Shown piece after piece: positions 50,613 through 60,229 of a stretch of DNA of 64,000 nt. How positions within the stretch are numbered: position 1 is the first letter of the stretch; each line of letters opens with the position of its first letter. The DNA lies in the IMG/VR virus record IMGVR_UViG_2541047319_000002. The stretch is one strand, 5' to 3'. The notes under the pieces were generated by a model. That model was not told the origin of the DNA. It searched no databases and saw nothing but the letters and a program-made list of their open reading frames with translations. A program made the position numbers and the translations under genes. Source of the stretch: an uncultured virus (IMG/VR IMGVR_UViG_2541047319_000002) (lineage: Duplodnaviria; Heunggongvirae; Uroviricota; Caudoviricetes).

Positions 50613-52054
50613 CTAATTACAGTTTTTACAATTTGAGCGATATCCCTTTTTACCATTTTTATCAAACCTAGATAGCAACTTAATTTTTCCACATCTGCTA
50701 CATTTTTTATATTTTCCTTTACAAACAGATATATAATAATAATTTTCTTCATAGTTTTTCTGATATGCATCTATTATTTTGTTCACTATTTTATTTATTT
50801 GATTATTTATTGCTTGAGGAGTTATATTCATTAAATTTGAAATAAACTCTAATGATTTATCTTTTCTATATAAATTTAAAATATCTTTTTGTACTGTGGT
50901 AAATTCAATTTTAGATATAATATTATTTAAATCCATAACTATACATGTTAAATCATCTTGCAAATCATTACCCTTTTGAATCTTTAAAAGCTCTTTAACA
51001 TGTGATTTATCAAACATATCTAAATAGTCCCATTCTGGGCTTCCTGCATCTGCTAATGGTGCTTTCCATATAATTGGTCTCTCTATAGAATTTTTAACAT
51101 CAGTCATATCATTTTTTAATGCATTTAAATTTTTCCTAACCATTCTCTTAAGTTTTAACTCTTCTTTACTTAATTGTTTATGTCCTAATTCTTTATATTT
51201 AGCTTTATACCATTCATAAGTATCTGAGTATGTTTTTATAATTGGATATTTTTTAATATCTTTAGGTTTAACTTTTATATCTTTTATTTTTTTATAGTTT
51301 TTAGGTAATTGAAAAAATGCAAAGGAATTGTCTTCTAGGAATCCATCTTTATTAGAAGTGTTTGAATTTATATTTCCACCATTTGCAGGTGCTATTTTAT
51401 TTAGAAGTGCTTCTTCCTGACATGCTCTATTAAATAACTCTTTTGAATTGTATATTCTTATTTTAGTTTCCTTAGGTTTATCATCTACTGAGAGTATATA
51501 GCTCCCCATTATTTCTAATGTTTTTGCTATATTAGAAGTAGAATATATACTGTCATCTTTATTTAATATCAACTTAATTTTCGATGTATTATGATGTGTG
51601 TACTCCCATGTACCATTACTATTACTAAAAGGATTTTTAACATTTATATATTCGATTGGATTAATTTGATTATAGCCACACCAAGTAATGAATCTATTAT
51701 AATCCATAACTACTTCTTCTCCATCAATAGTAACATAATATACACCATCTTTATCTAAAGGACTATCTGATGTTTGCTCAAATATATTTTCCCAAAATTT
51801 ATCATTGAATTGTTTTTTTTCTTGATATTTCACTCTAGTAATAATATTCTCATTTCTCTTTGTAAGAGTATTATAAAATGTATCTATATAATTTCTATTT
51901 GACTCTTCAAACCACGTGTGTTTTACCCCTAATCGTTCTCTATGTATTTAATTCTATCTTTGCTATTGTCTATGCTATAATCTAAATTCTTTATGTAATC
52001 TTGTGCAGATTTGCCATCTATTTCTTCATAAAAATTGTTATTATTATATATCAA
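50613..52054 (-). CDS. Putative transcription regulator with sigma-region-4-like HTH and Zn finger, frameshifted near 51938
   Basis: TTG 52054 after AGGAGG reads MIYNN...LDYSIDNSKDRIKYIE, then shifts into the frame of track ORF 50613-51833; C-terminal FTTVQKDIL...ISNLMNITPQAIN and CSRC...CKNC. Confidence 0.6.
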
Positions 52055-52056
52055 TA

Positions 52057-52305
52057 TTATACCTCCTTTCCTTGCAATCCATCATCATAATCTGTATCAT
52101 CATAATCCCATAGTTCATCCTTAAAATCCTCCTTATGCCTTTCATTTACAATATCATATGAAGACCTTTTACTCATCTCTGTGTATGTATCTATCATTTG
52201 TTCATATTCCTCATTTAATATTTGATACCTATTTTTATGTACGCCTGTTTTCTCTGATTCATCTAAATCTTCTAAATATATTAATTCTATTTTTTTCTCT
52301 TTCAT
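52057..52305 (-). CDS. Small acidic protein
   Basis: ORF track; AGGAG RBS. Confidence 0.65.
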   Translation of the reverse strand: MKEKKIELIYLEDLDESEKTGVHKNRYQILNEEYEQMIDTYTEMSKRSSYDIVNERHKEDFKDELWDYDDTDYDDGLQGKEV

Positions 52306-52346
52306 ACTTCTCCTTTTCTATATTATAAGATTTTAAATTAATTTTC

Positions 52347-52397
52347 TTGGTCACATTTCTGTGCCGTTTTTTTGCCTTTTGGTCACATTTCTGTGCC
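52347..52397. repeat. Two 19-bp direct repeats TTGGTCACATTTCTGTGCC (iteron-like; candidate origin)
   Basis: Exact copies at 52347 and 52379 (32-bp period) just downstream of rep, in AT-rich flanks. Confidence 0.7.
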
Positions 52398-52482
52398 ACC
52401 CCTAAATTTAATTTTTTAACTGTTTTTCCTATATTTTTGTTAATTTTTACAGTTCATTACCTCTTATTCTTAGACAGACTTT

Positions 52483-53424
52483 CTAAATACAATTAAAAAA
52501 GCATAAATCAATTGTTTTCTTTGCTAAATTTAAATTATTTCCCTTCCATATTACACAAGGATTTATAATGAAATAGTCTGTATTTTTGTTATTCCCTTCA
52601 ACGATTACATATTTAAAAAAATAATATTTATCATCTTCTACCTTTATATAAAATCTAAGTAATTCCTTTTTAAATTTGTTCATATCTTGTTTTATTGTAC
52701 TAATATTTAATAATTGACAAATTTTATATAAACTAATTTTTTTTATTTTTGAAATATCTGTTTCATGAGGGTTTAAACATAAGATATTACTCTCGAAATG
52801 TATATATGGTATGAGTTGATATATATAACTTAATTGTTTATGTTGTCTTGGTGTGCAATGTTCAAAAAGAAATCTACTAGTATTTATATATATTCTTGTA
52901 TATTCTTTATTTTCAAAATTAGGAATTCCTTTAGTAAAATACTTTGGATTTATATAAAATTTATTATTAGATTCATATAATAACTCACATTTTTTTACGT
53001 CTGCTAAAAAATTTCTAAATGCCCTATCTTTAAGATTTAATATTTCTCTCATGTTTTTTCTATCTATAGGAATCATTTCTTTAAACTGAGAATATCTAAC
53101 CAATAAATTTTCTTCTCCTGTATTATAGTTTAGATATGTTGCGAGATATATTAATCTACTTATATTAGCTTTACTTATATTTACTTCATTAAATAATAAT
53201 TCATTTTTAACATAAGTACAAAATACAAAACCTCCTAATTTAAAATTATGGTATGGTAATTCTTTTTTATTATTGATAATAGCCCTTTGCTCTGGAGAAA
53301 AACTCTTTTTTCTCTTTCCAATTTCAAGTACCTCACCTCTTTTCATCCCTTTATGCTCCAATATTTCTCCTGTTCTTTTGTCTGTTACAATAACATCTTT
53401 TATAAATTCATTACCTCTAACTAT
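52483..53424 (-). CDS. Plasmid-type replication initiator (Rep)
   Basis: VTDKRTGEIL N-terminal motif, HTH-like segment MREILNLKDRAFRNFL, YINP/IINP motifs; next to parMR and iterons; frame open upstream of track TTG to an ATA at 53424. Confidence 0.65.
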   Translation of the reverse strand: MVRGNEFIKDVIVTDKRTGEILEHKGMKRGEVLEIGKRKKSFSPEQRAIINNKKELPYHNFKLGGFVFCTYVKNELLFNEVNISKANISRLIYLATYLNYNTGEENLLVRYSQFKEMIPIDRKNMREILNLKDRAFRNFLADVKKCELLYESNNKFYINPKYFTKGIPNFENKEYTRIYINTSRFLFEHCTPRQHKQLSYIYQLIPYIHFESNILCLNPHETDISKIKKISLYKICQLLNISTIKQDMNKFKKELLRFYIKVEDDKYYFFKYVIVEGNNKNTDYFIINPCVIWKGNNLNLAKKTIDLCFFNCI

Positions 53425-53617
53425 AAATATCTACCTCTTTTCTTATAAATTTTATTTCAATTACAAGATAAAAACCATCTTGCAATTGTTCTTCGCAACA
53501 TGTTGCTTCAGAAATTTTATTACCCTCTATGTTCTATTTCTATTATATCATATACCCTCTATGTTCTCAATATTTTTTTTAATATCTACCCAAAATTTCT
53601 TGAGTAGATATTTTCTT

Positions 53618-53890
53618 TTAATCTGGCATATTATTAAATATATTCTTAATAATAGGATTTTCTCTTTTTATATCTTTTTTTTCTTCAGTAACACTTGTCT
53701 TTTTATTTGTCCTATATACACCATTGCCTAAACATTGTTTTAATAATTTATTTTCTTCTTGAAGATTTTTCCACTCTAATATTATTCTTTCCAAAGCTGT
53801 ATTTCTACTGCTTATATTTTTATCATTTTGATACTTTTCTATTTCACCAAATATATCTTCTTCTAAATAAAAGCTAGATGATTTTTTCAT
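53618..53890 (-). CDS. ParR-like ribbon-helix-helix adaptor
   Basis: KKSSSFYLEEDIF..I..YQ...ISSRNTALERII; downstream of ParM. Confidence 0.7.
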   Translation of the reverse strand: MKKSSSFYLEEDIFGEIEKYQNDKNISSRNTALERIILEWKNLQEENKLLKQCLGNGVYRTNKKTSVTEEKKDIKRENPIIKNIFNNMPD

Positions 53891-53902
53891 ATAATATCAC
53901 TC

Positions 53903-54817
53903 CTAGAATTGTTCCATACCTACTTCAAATAATCCTTTAGCTGTAACCATTTGAGCATCTTTAGAGACTTTGAATCTATTATCAAATGTCATATGTAGTG
54001 CAGTACCTCCACTTACATATACATCCATTTCGTCTATATTTTTCCACTTAGAAGCTATTCTTTGAGCTGTACTTTCAGATGCCATAATATAGGCAGCCTT
54101 TTTAAGTTCATCATAATCATTAGAACTATCTATTTCATTAAGCTCTCTTATTATACCTCTATCTTTAAGTTGTTTTTGAACTATTGTTAAAGCATCTTGA
54201 TTTCCAGCTTCTAATGTATCTGATAGTTTGTCATTAAATACAAAACCTTTTTCAAAGTAGGATAATTCTGTGGTTCTAAATCCTATGTGAGCCACACCAA
54301 CTGCCTTATCTTCATTCACTTCTCCTTCTAATAAATGATATAAAGCAGCATCCCCTTCTCTAAATATGGATATGTCAGATATTTTTATTTCTTTATACCC
54401 ACCCTTTATTTTATCTTTTATTTTGAATGTCTTACCTTTATATGCCTCTAGAACCTCTTTAAGTGTAGTTTTCCTAAATGATTTATATGGAACACCCAAC
54501 ATTATTTTTACTTCATCAGCTACAGTTATTTCATTAAGAGCAGCAGCAACTAATATTCTCATTGTCAAAGATATTTTAGAGTCATCAGAATTCCTTATAG
54601 GTGTTATGCTTTCTTTTTCTGCTAATAAGCCAATAAAGTAACTTACGCTTTCAAAATCTATGTATATTGGATTTTCATATTTCTCAAAATCTATGTTTCT
54701 TCCATCACCAAATACTGATTTGAATAAACATTCTTTAACCATTCCATTGTACTTACTATATCCTTTTACGTATCCTCTTCCTATATCTAAGCCTATAACT
54801 TGGTAATTTTCTTCCAT
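53903..54817 (-). CDS. parM: ParM/StbA actin-like partition ATPase
   Basis: GLDIGRGYVK, LGVPY, REGDAA, HIGFRTT, SGGTA actin-fold motifs; start set after AGGAGG. Confidence 0.85.
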   Translation of the reverse strand: MEENYQVIGLDIGRGYVKGYSKYNGMVKECLFKSVFGDGRNIDFEKYENPIYIDFESVSYFIGLLAEKESITPIRNSDDSKISLTMRILVAAALNEITVADEVKIMLGVPYKSFRKTTLKEVLEAYKGKTFKIKDKIKGGYKEIKISDISIFREGDAALYHLLEGEVNEDKAVGVAHIGFRTTELSYFEKGFVFNDKLSDTLEAGNQDALTIVQKQLKDRGIIRELNEIDSSNDYDELKKAAYIMASESTAQRIASKWKNIDEMDVYVSGGTALHMTFDNRFKVSKDAQMVTAKGLFEVGMEQF

Positions 54818-54882
54818 TTTCATTCCTCCTAAGTAAATATTTGCTAAATATATTATACCATATAAAAACTTGATAATTACAT

Positions 54883-54977
54883 TAAATTTGCACAAAAATT
54901 CAACTATAAAATGACATTTTTTAGTTATTAGTTAAAATTAGCACTAAATTAGAACTATATATAATTTAAATTTAAAC
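54883..54977. repeat. Degenerate 11-bp tandem repeats (parC centromere candidate)
   Basis: TAAATTTGCAC, AAAAATTCAAC, TATAAAATGAC ... AAAATTAGCAC, TAAATTAGAAC, TAAATTTAAAC upstream of parM. Confidence 0.55.
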
Positions 54978-55922
54978 CAATAATTTATTATTAAAAATTT
55001 TTAGTTAATATTTAAATTATATATCAACTATTTCCAAACCAATAAATCAATTTCTTTAACTATACTATTTATGTTTTTTTAGATGTCAATTTTAATTTTA
55101 AGTAAAATATTGAAACTTATTTTCTTACAGACGACATTTTCATTCTAATTTAATAAATCTTCCTATATTTCAAGTTATTTTTTGTATTTAATATTTTTAT
55201 ATGTATTAGTTATTTTTATGTAATCAATACATACACTTTTATTTTATATTTTCCTTGTTGAGAATGTAATTTAAGAGTAAAAATCTAAGAAATATCTTTA
55301 GATAAATATTTGTTTTATGAGGAAAATACAGAGCTATTTCGTCTGTAAATCCGTCTGCAATTTTTTTGAAATGTGGAAATGAAAGGACTACACACAAAAT
55401 CCTACTGACAAACAAGCCACTTTCCATAAAATACCCCCTACTTCATTTTTATTTATTTTAATATGTAAAATACTCTATTTACTTTATTTAATTAATAAAA
55501 GTATTACTTTTATCTTATTTTAAAAATCTGTGTTTTTGTCAGTAAAAAAGGACATAAAAATTAGTATTTTATGCCATTTTTCTAAAACCTAGTATTTTCA
55601 ACACTTACAACACCTACACTTTCTATTTTGTCAGTAAAATGTCAGTCATTATAATTCTTAGACTACAAACCTGTTGTAATCACTGCATTTCAATTTTTAG
55701 TTATTGATATCTATATAAAATATTATTTGCTATAGAATAAATTTTTTTATTATGGATTATAAAGTCTTATATACATCATTTTAGCATTAATCTGACATCG
55801 TCGAATATCAACCCACAACCTTATTGCCATATTTTTCTTGACAAATTTGTCATTATTGTATATAATTTAATTAAGATAAGAATTAATCTTATCTATACAA
55901 TTCAATATTAGGGGGTGACGTT

Positions 55923-56081
55923 ATGAGAATAACAAAAGGCAAAATAAAAGAGCTAATCGAGTTGTGCCACCAACTTGAAAAGCTCTTTGTACAAGTATTT
56001 AAATCACTTGAACATATTTTGATTTCTTTATGTTCTTGTATCGGTTGGTTATTAATACTTATATACATAATTAAACATTAA
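55923..56081 (+). CDS. Small protein with C-terminal TM helix (52 aa)
   Basis: MRITKGKIKELIELCHQLEKLFVQVFKSLEHILISLCSCIGWLLILIYIIKH*; GGGGGTG RBS; TTGACA...TATAAT upstream. Confidence 0.6.
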   Translation: MRITKGKIKELIELCHQLEKLFVQVFKSLEHILISLCSCIGWLLILIYIIKH

Positions 56082-56165
56082 TAACCAATGCAATATACCT
56101 ATAAAAATATATCTCTATAGGTATATTGTAACACACCTAATATTGAAAGTAAACGAGGTGATGAC

Positions 56166-56267
56166 ATGAGTCAACATATTAAAAACACTTTAAAAATAAT
56201 AAAGATACTAGGTTTATTATTCTTCTTATATTTTGCACTTAGAGCAATATATATTGTTTATCTTTAA
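56166..56267 (+). CDS. Small hydrophobic peptide (33 aa)
   Basis: MSQHIKNTLKIIKILGLLFFLYFALRAIYIVYL*; GAGGTG RBS; terminator follows. Confidence 0.55.
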   Translation: MSQHIKNTLKIIKILGLLFFLYFALRAIYIVYL

Positions 56268-56333
56268 TATCTTTATTGAGTTGCTTAATGTATAAGTAAC
56301 TCTTTTTTGTTATAATATTAATGAGGTGATAGC

Positions 56334-56525
56334 ATGAAATTAGAAAAATTAATTGATATAAGAAAAGAAAAAAAATATTCTCAAGAGGATATTGCTAGAA
56401 TGTTAGACATATCTTTAAGAAATTATCACAGAAAAGAAAAAGGAGAGAATCAATTTACAGTAAGTGAACTAGAAAAAATATGTAGCTATTTAGATATAGA
56501 ATCAAAAGAACTACTTGACATATAG
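56334..56525 (+). CDS. Cro-like XRE HTH protein
   Basis: LIDIRKEKKYSQEDIARMLDISLRNYHRKEKG. Confidence 0.85.
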   Translation: MKLEKLIDIRKEKKYSQEDIARMLDISLRNYHRKEKGENQFTVSELEKICSYLDIESKELLDI

Positions 56526-56738
56526 TAATATAATCTACTCAAGGTAGTACTTAACATTAAATAAAATAATTTAATAATATAAAATAGACTAGCTATAATC
56601 TAGTCTATTTTATTATAATAACATATTGTACAAGCCATTTAAATCCATTCTAAGCACATTTCAATGCATTCACCTTATGTTTATACCTTTAATCTTTAAA
56701 ATTAAATATAAAAATAAGCTAGACATATATACTCTAGC

Positions 56739-57050
56739 TTACAGTAATTTTTTTAATGTGTTGACTTGTTCTTGTACTATTGTTTTACTCTTAGTGTCTA
56801 ACTCTCTATAATTATTTAATAGTTGTTTTTCTTCTTCTTCTAGTTGTATATTTTCTCTATTGTCTGTAAGACATAATATATAATCTATACTTACATTATA
56901 TATATTAGATAATTTTATAAGCGTCTCATTGTCAATTTTTCTTCTGTTTGTTTCATAGTTTTGTATTGTTACATAATGTACGCCTAATAGTTCTCCCACT
57001 TGTTGAGTTGAATATCCTTTTTCTTTTCTTAGCTCTCTCAATCTATTCAT
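56739..57050 (-). CDS. CI-like XRE repressor
   Basis: MNRLRELRKEKGYSTQQVGELLGV...YNVSIDYIL; GAGGTG RBS before 57050. Confidence 0.85.
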   Translation of the reverse strand: MNRLRELRKEKGYSTQQVGELLGVHYVTIQNYETNRRKIDNETLIKLSNIYNVSIDYILCLTDNRENIQLEEEEKQLLNNYRELDTKSKTIVQEQVNTLKKLL

Positions 57051-57107
57051 TAAATCACCTCTTAATTCTAAATATAACATATTATAAATTTAATTACAAT
57101 TGTATTC

Positions 57108-57199
57108 AAAACGGTATGTTTTATATATGACATTATTTAAAACATTTTGTTTTGTTTTTTATATTTTATATTGACAATCAAAACATTTTGTTTTATAAT
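57108..57199 (+). promoter_or_regulatory. Immunity switch: three AAAAC-N5-GTTTT operators and a consensus sigma-A promoter
   Basis: Operators at 57108, 57139, 57180; TTGACA 57171 - 17 bp - TATAAT 57194. Confidence 0.8.
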
Positions 57200-57204
57200 T
57201 AAAT

Positions 57205-57700
57205 CATAGCAAGGGAGAACAAGAAAACACAAAGCCACCTCTCAAATGAAGTAACAGGCAAAGAACCTTCTTAAAACTCTAGCTAATATCTTAAAGGGTT
57301 CTATTAAAAAATATTAAACTACTATTAAAAAATTACTACCTTTAAGTTGACCTTTTAAATGGTGTGAATGGTGAAAGGCACACAACACAAATATTACACA
57401 TAGTTTTTTCTTCATTTTTTAACTACAAAAATGAATTAGTCATACCAGTTGGTGAGGTGTTCCCAACATTAAGTAATTAAATAAATAAAATTAATAAAGG
57501 TTTCCAATTAAAGCCTACAAAAAATTGAGGTATCAACTTAGTTGCTTCTATAATGGCACTCAATACAATTTAATATGACATAGCAGTTGTGAGGTACTGC
57601 GTTATAAAAAGTACTAAAGATTGAGCATTAAAATTATAGTTTGTACTGCTTGACACCTACATGGTTATAAACTATCTAATATTTACTAGTATAATTTAAA
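57205..57700 (+). ncRNA. Candidate structured early RNA/leader
   Basis: ORF-free ~500 nt after strong promoter; nested stems; repeated UGAGGU hairpin loops. Confidence 0.45.
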
Positions 57701-57772
57701 CTATTTATTAGATTATTTTAGTAAGTGTTAGAATACAACACTTAAATTATGATATAATAATAAAATAGGAGT

Positions 57773-58105
57773 GTGAACGGCATGGATGAAAAAATATTAG
57801 AATTATTACAAAAAATGGATACTAGTATTAATGATATACAAGGAGAAATAAAATGGATTAATACTAGACTAGATAGTATGGATGGTCGTTTTGATGGGAT
57901 TGAAAACCAACTTAGTGATTTAAAAGAAGGACAAGAAGAAATTAAAAAGAAACTAGACTTAACTTATAATCAAGTTGCTAGAAATATGGAAGGCATAACA
58001 GAAGTTGGAGAAAAAATAGACACTTTAAAAAATGACATGAACTTTGTAGAAATGGCTACATCTAAAAATTGGAATGAAATAGCAAAGTTAAAATCAATTA
58101 AATAG
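57773..58105 (+). CDS. Coiled-coil protein (paralogue A)
   Basis: MDEKILELLQ...KSIK; heptad repeats. Confidence 0.75.
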   Translation: MNGMDEKILELLQKMDTSINDIQGEIKWINTRLDSMDGRFDGIENQLSDLKEGQEEIKKKLDLTYNQVARNMEGITEVGEKIDTLKNDMNFVEMATSKNWNEIAKLKSIK

Positions 58106-58116
58106 GAGTAGATAAA

Positions 58117-58350
58117 ATGGATGAGAAAACATTAGAATTGCTACGAGAAATACAGGAAAGTATTAAAATTTTAAATGACAAGCTTGACGAATTTGATTAT
58201 ACACAAGATAAAATAAAATCTAATGTTGAGGGACTTTTAGAATGTTTTAGTCGTATTGATTTTAGAATTGAAGACCTAGAAAATGGTCAAACCTCATTGT
58301 ATACTAAGCTTGATATAGTGCAAAATGAAACAGCAAAATCAATTAAATAG
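58117..58350 (+). CDS. Coiled-coil protein (paralogue B)
   Basis: MDEKTLELLRE...KSIK. Confidence 0.75.
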   Translation: MDEKTLELLREIQESIKILNDKLDEFDYTQDKIKSNVEGLLECFSRIDFRIEDLENGQTSLYTKLDIVQNETAKSIK

Positions 58351-58444
58351 CAGTACATAAAAAGACACTTGAATTATTGAGTGTCTTTTCTACAAGCTCT
58401 TAGTATGGTATTATTAAACAATAATATCATTGGAGGTATAACGA

Positions 58445-58633
58445 ATGTATGAGCAGAGAAAAGCAAAAGTAATATTCAATAAAGGAGCTGGTAATTCTAG
58501 GGGAGAATCATATACGAATAGGGTTACAATTCCAACTACATGGATAAAACATATGGACATAACTAAACTAGACAGGGAAGTTTTGTTGACTTTTGATGGT
58601 AATAAAATAGTAATAGAAAAAATAGATGAGTAG
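58445..58633 (+). CDS. AbrB/MazE-like DNA-binding protein
   Basis: RVTIPTTWIKHMDIT..DREVLLTFDGNKIVIEK. Confidence 0.75.
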   Translation: MYEQRKAKVIFNKGAGNSRGESYTNRVTIPTTWIKHMDITKLDREVLLTFDGNKIVIEKIDE

Positions 58634-58658
58634 ATAAAAAATCTACTCAAAAAAATAC

Positions 58659-58731
58659 TTGACAACTCGTGACGAGTCGATTATAATTAAATCATAAAAT
58701 AAAATTTTTTACAAAATGACTAGTAACGAGT
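58659..58731 (+). promoter_or_regulatory. ardA promoter with palindromic operators
   Basis: TTGACA 58659 - 17 bp - TATAAT 58682; ACTCGTGACGAGT in spacer; related ACTAGTAACGAGT at ~58719. Confidence 0.75.
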
Positions 58732-58754
58732 CAGTAAAAAGGGAGGATATAAAA

Positions 58755-59468
58755 ATGCTAAATATATACATAACTAATTTAGGGAAATATAACGAAAGTG
58801 AACTAATAGGGGAATGGGCTGAACTTCCAGTAAACGAGGAAGAATTACAAGAAATATTAGATAGAATAGGGATAAATGAAGAATATGAGGAGTATTTCAT
58901 AACAGATTTTGAAACAGATATAGAAGGGTTAGAAATAAGTGAACATAGCAATATAGAGCAACTGAATGAATTAGCAATGAAACTTGAGAGGTTAGAAGAA
59001 TATGAGATTGAAGAGTTAAAAGCTTTACTTGAACGTGGATACATTGATTTTTACGACATGATTGAAAGTGATATTTGTAGCTTGTCAGATAATTATACTT
59101 TTATACAACTTGACGACAGGTCACAATTGGATGATGAAAATTTAGGACGTAGTTACATAGAAGAAATATATTGTGGTGATTTATCTTATATAGAAAATAT
59201 TGCTTACTACTTTGACATAGAAGCATTTTCAAGAGATTTACGTTTTGATAAAGACATGATTATTGAAAATTTATACGAAGAAGATATAGAATATTATGAA
59301 AATATGACAGATATTGAATTTGCAGAGAATTATATTGAACGATTAGGAGATATTGAAGAGTTAAGTCAAGAAACACTTGAAAGATACTTTAATTATGAGC
59401 TATATGGAACTGACTTACGTTATGAGAATATTTGTATAGCATCAAATTATTTAGCTATAGTTTCTTAA
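58755..59468 (+). CDS. ardA: ArdA antirestriction protein (DNA mimic)
   Basis: IYITNLGKYN..ELIGEW..LP...EEYFITDFE, YFDIEAFSRDL; very acidic. Confidence 0.9.
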   Translation: MLNIYITNLGKYNESELIGEWAELPVNEEELQEILDRIGINEEYEEYFITDFETDIEGLEISEHSNIEQLNELAMKLERLEEYEIEELKALLERGYIDFYDMIESDICSLSDNYTFIQLDDRSQLDDENLGRSYIEEIYCGDLSYIENIAYYFDIEAFSRDLRFDKDMIIENLYEEDIEYYENMTDIEFAENYIERLGDIEELSQETLERYFNYELYGTDLRYENICIASNYLAIVS

Positions 59469-59535
59469 ATAAAAAGTTTTAGGGCGTTCTTTAAAAACGC
59501 CACTTCCAATAAAAAATTGAAAGGGGAATAAAATT

Positions 59536-59676
59536 ATGAAAAAATTAATAATCAAGATAAAATCATTGTTTAAAAAGGATTTAGATAGTAGCTATTGGAG
59601 TACTACAGAAAGTATTATTTTAAAATGTGGAAACAGCAATCAATTAAAATTATTGAAACAATCTAATAAATTATAA
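59536..59676 (+). CDS. Small early protein (46 aa)
   Basis: MKKLIIKIKSLFKKDLDSSYWSTTESIILKCGNSNQLKLLKQSNKL*; AAGGGG RBS. Confidence 0.55.
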   Translation: MKKLIIKIKSLFKKDLDSSYWSTTESIILKCGNSNQLKLLKQSNKL

Positions 59677-59692
59677 AGGGGGATTATTAAAA

Positions 59693-59914
59693 ATGAAAAT
59701 AAATAGCAAAATATCAAATGTAGTATGGGACATAAAAACAAAAGAGTTAAATAAGCAGGATATACTTTTTATAGAAAATTTCAACCCAACAATATATCAT
59801 AATGATGTTGATTGTTACCTGTGGTCACTTGATGAAAAACTACCAAGTGGTGTATGGTTGGAAAATATAAAATTTAATAATGAAATAACAGAAGCTAAAG
59901 CTATTGTTTTATAA
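59693..59914 (+). CDS. Hypothetical early protein
   Basis: ORF track, RBS. Confidence 0.7.
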   Translation: MKINSKISNVVWDIKTKELNKQDILFIENFNPTIYHNDVDCYLWSLDEKLPSGVWLENIKFNNEITEAKAIVL

Positions 59915-59958
59915 AATTCAATTCTTAAGATAGATGTAAAATATTAGGAGGGTTAAAA

Positions 59959-60195
59959 ATGATAAATTATTCTAAATATATGACTGCAACAGATTTAATA
60001 AATATATGTGACATTTTAGAAGGTGAAACAATAGGAGAAGCAGGAACTTATAATTCCTTAAGTACTAGACTAGGAAACTTAATCGGATTAGATTGGGCTT
60101 TAAAAGGAGAAGAATTGAGACAGCAATTAATACAAAATATTAATAATATGATGTATTTAGATAATGAAAATAAAATTCAATATAAAGAATTTTAA
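59959..60195 (+). CDS. Hypothetical early protein
   Basis: ORF track, AGGAGG RBS. Confidence 0.7.
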   Translation: MINYSKYMTATDLINICDILEGETIGEAGTYNSLSTRLGNLIGLDWALKGEELRQQLIQNINNMMYLDNENKIQYKEF

Positions 60196-60229
60196 ATAAA
60201 AAATAATTAATTTATAGGAGGAAAATAAA

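Noticed and set aside
54818..54895. N-terminal extension of ParM in ORF track
   Set aside because: Overlaps RBS, promoter region and parC-like repeats; AGGAGG supports start at 54817
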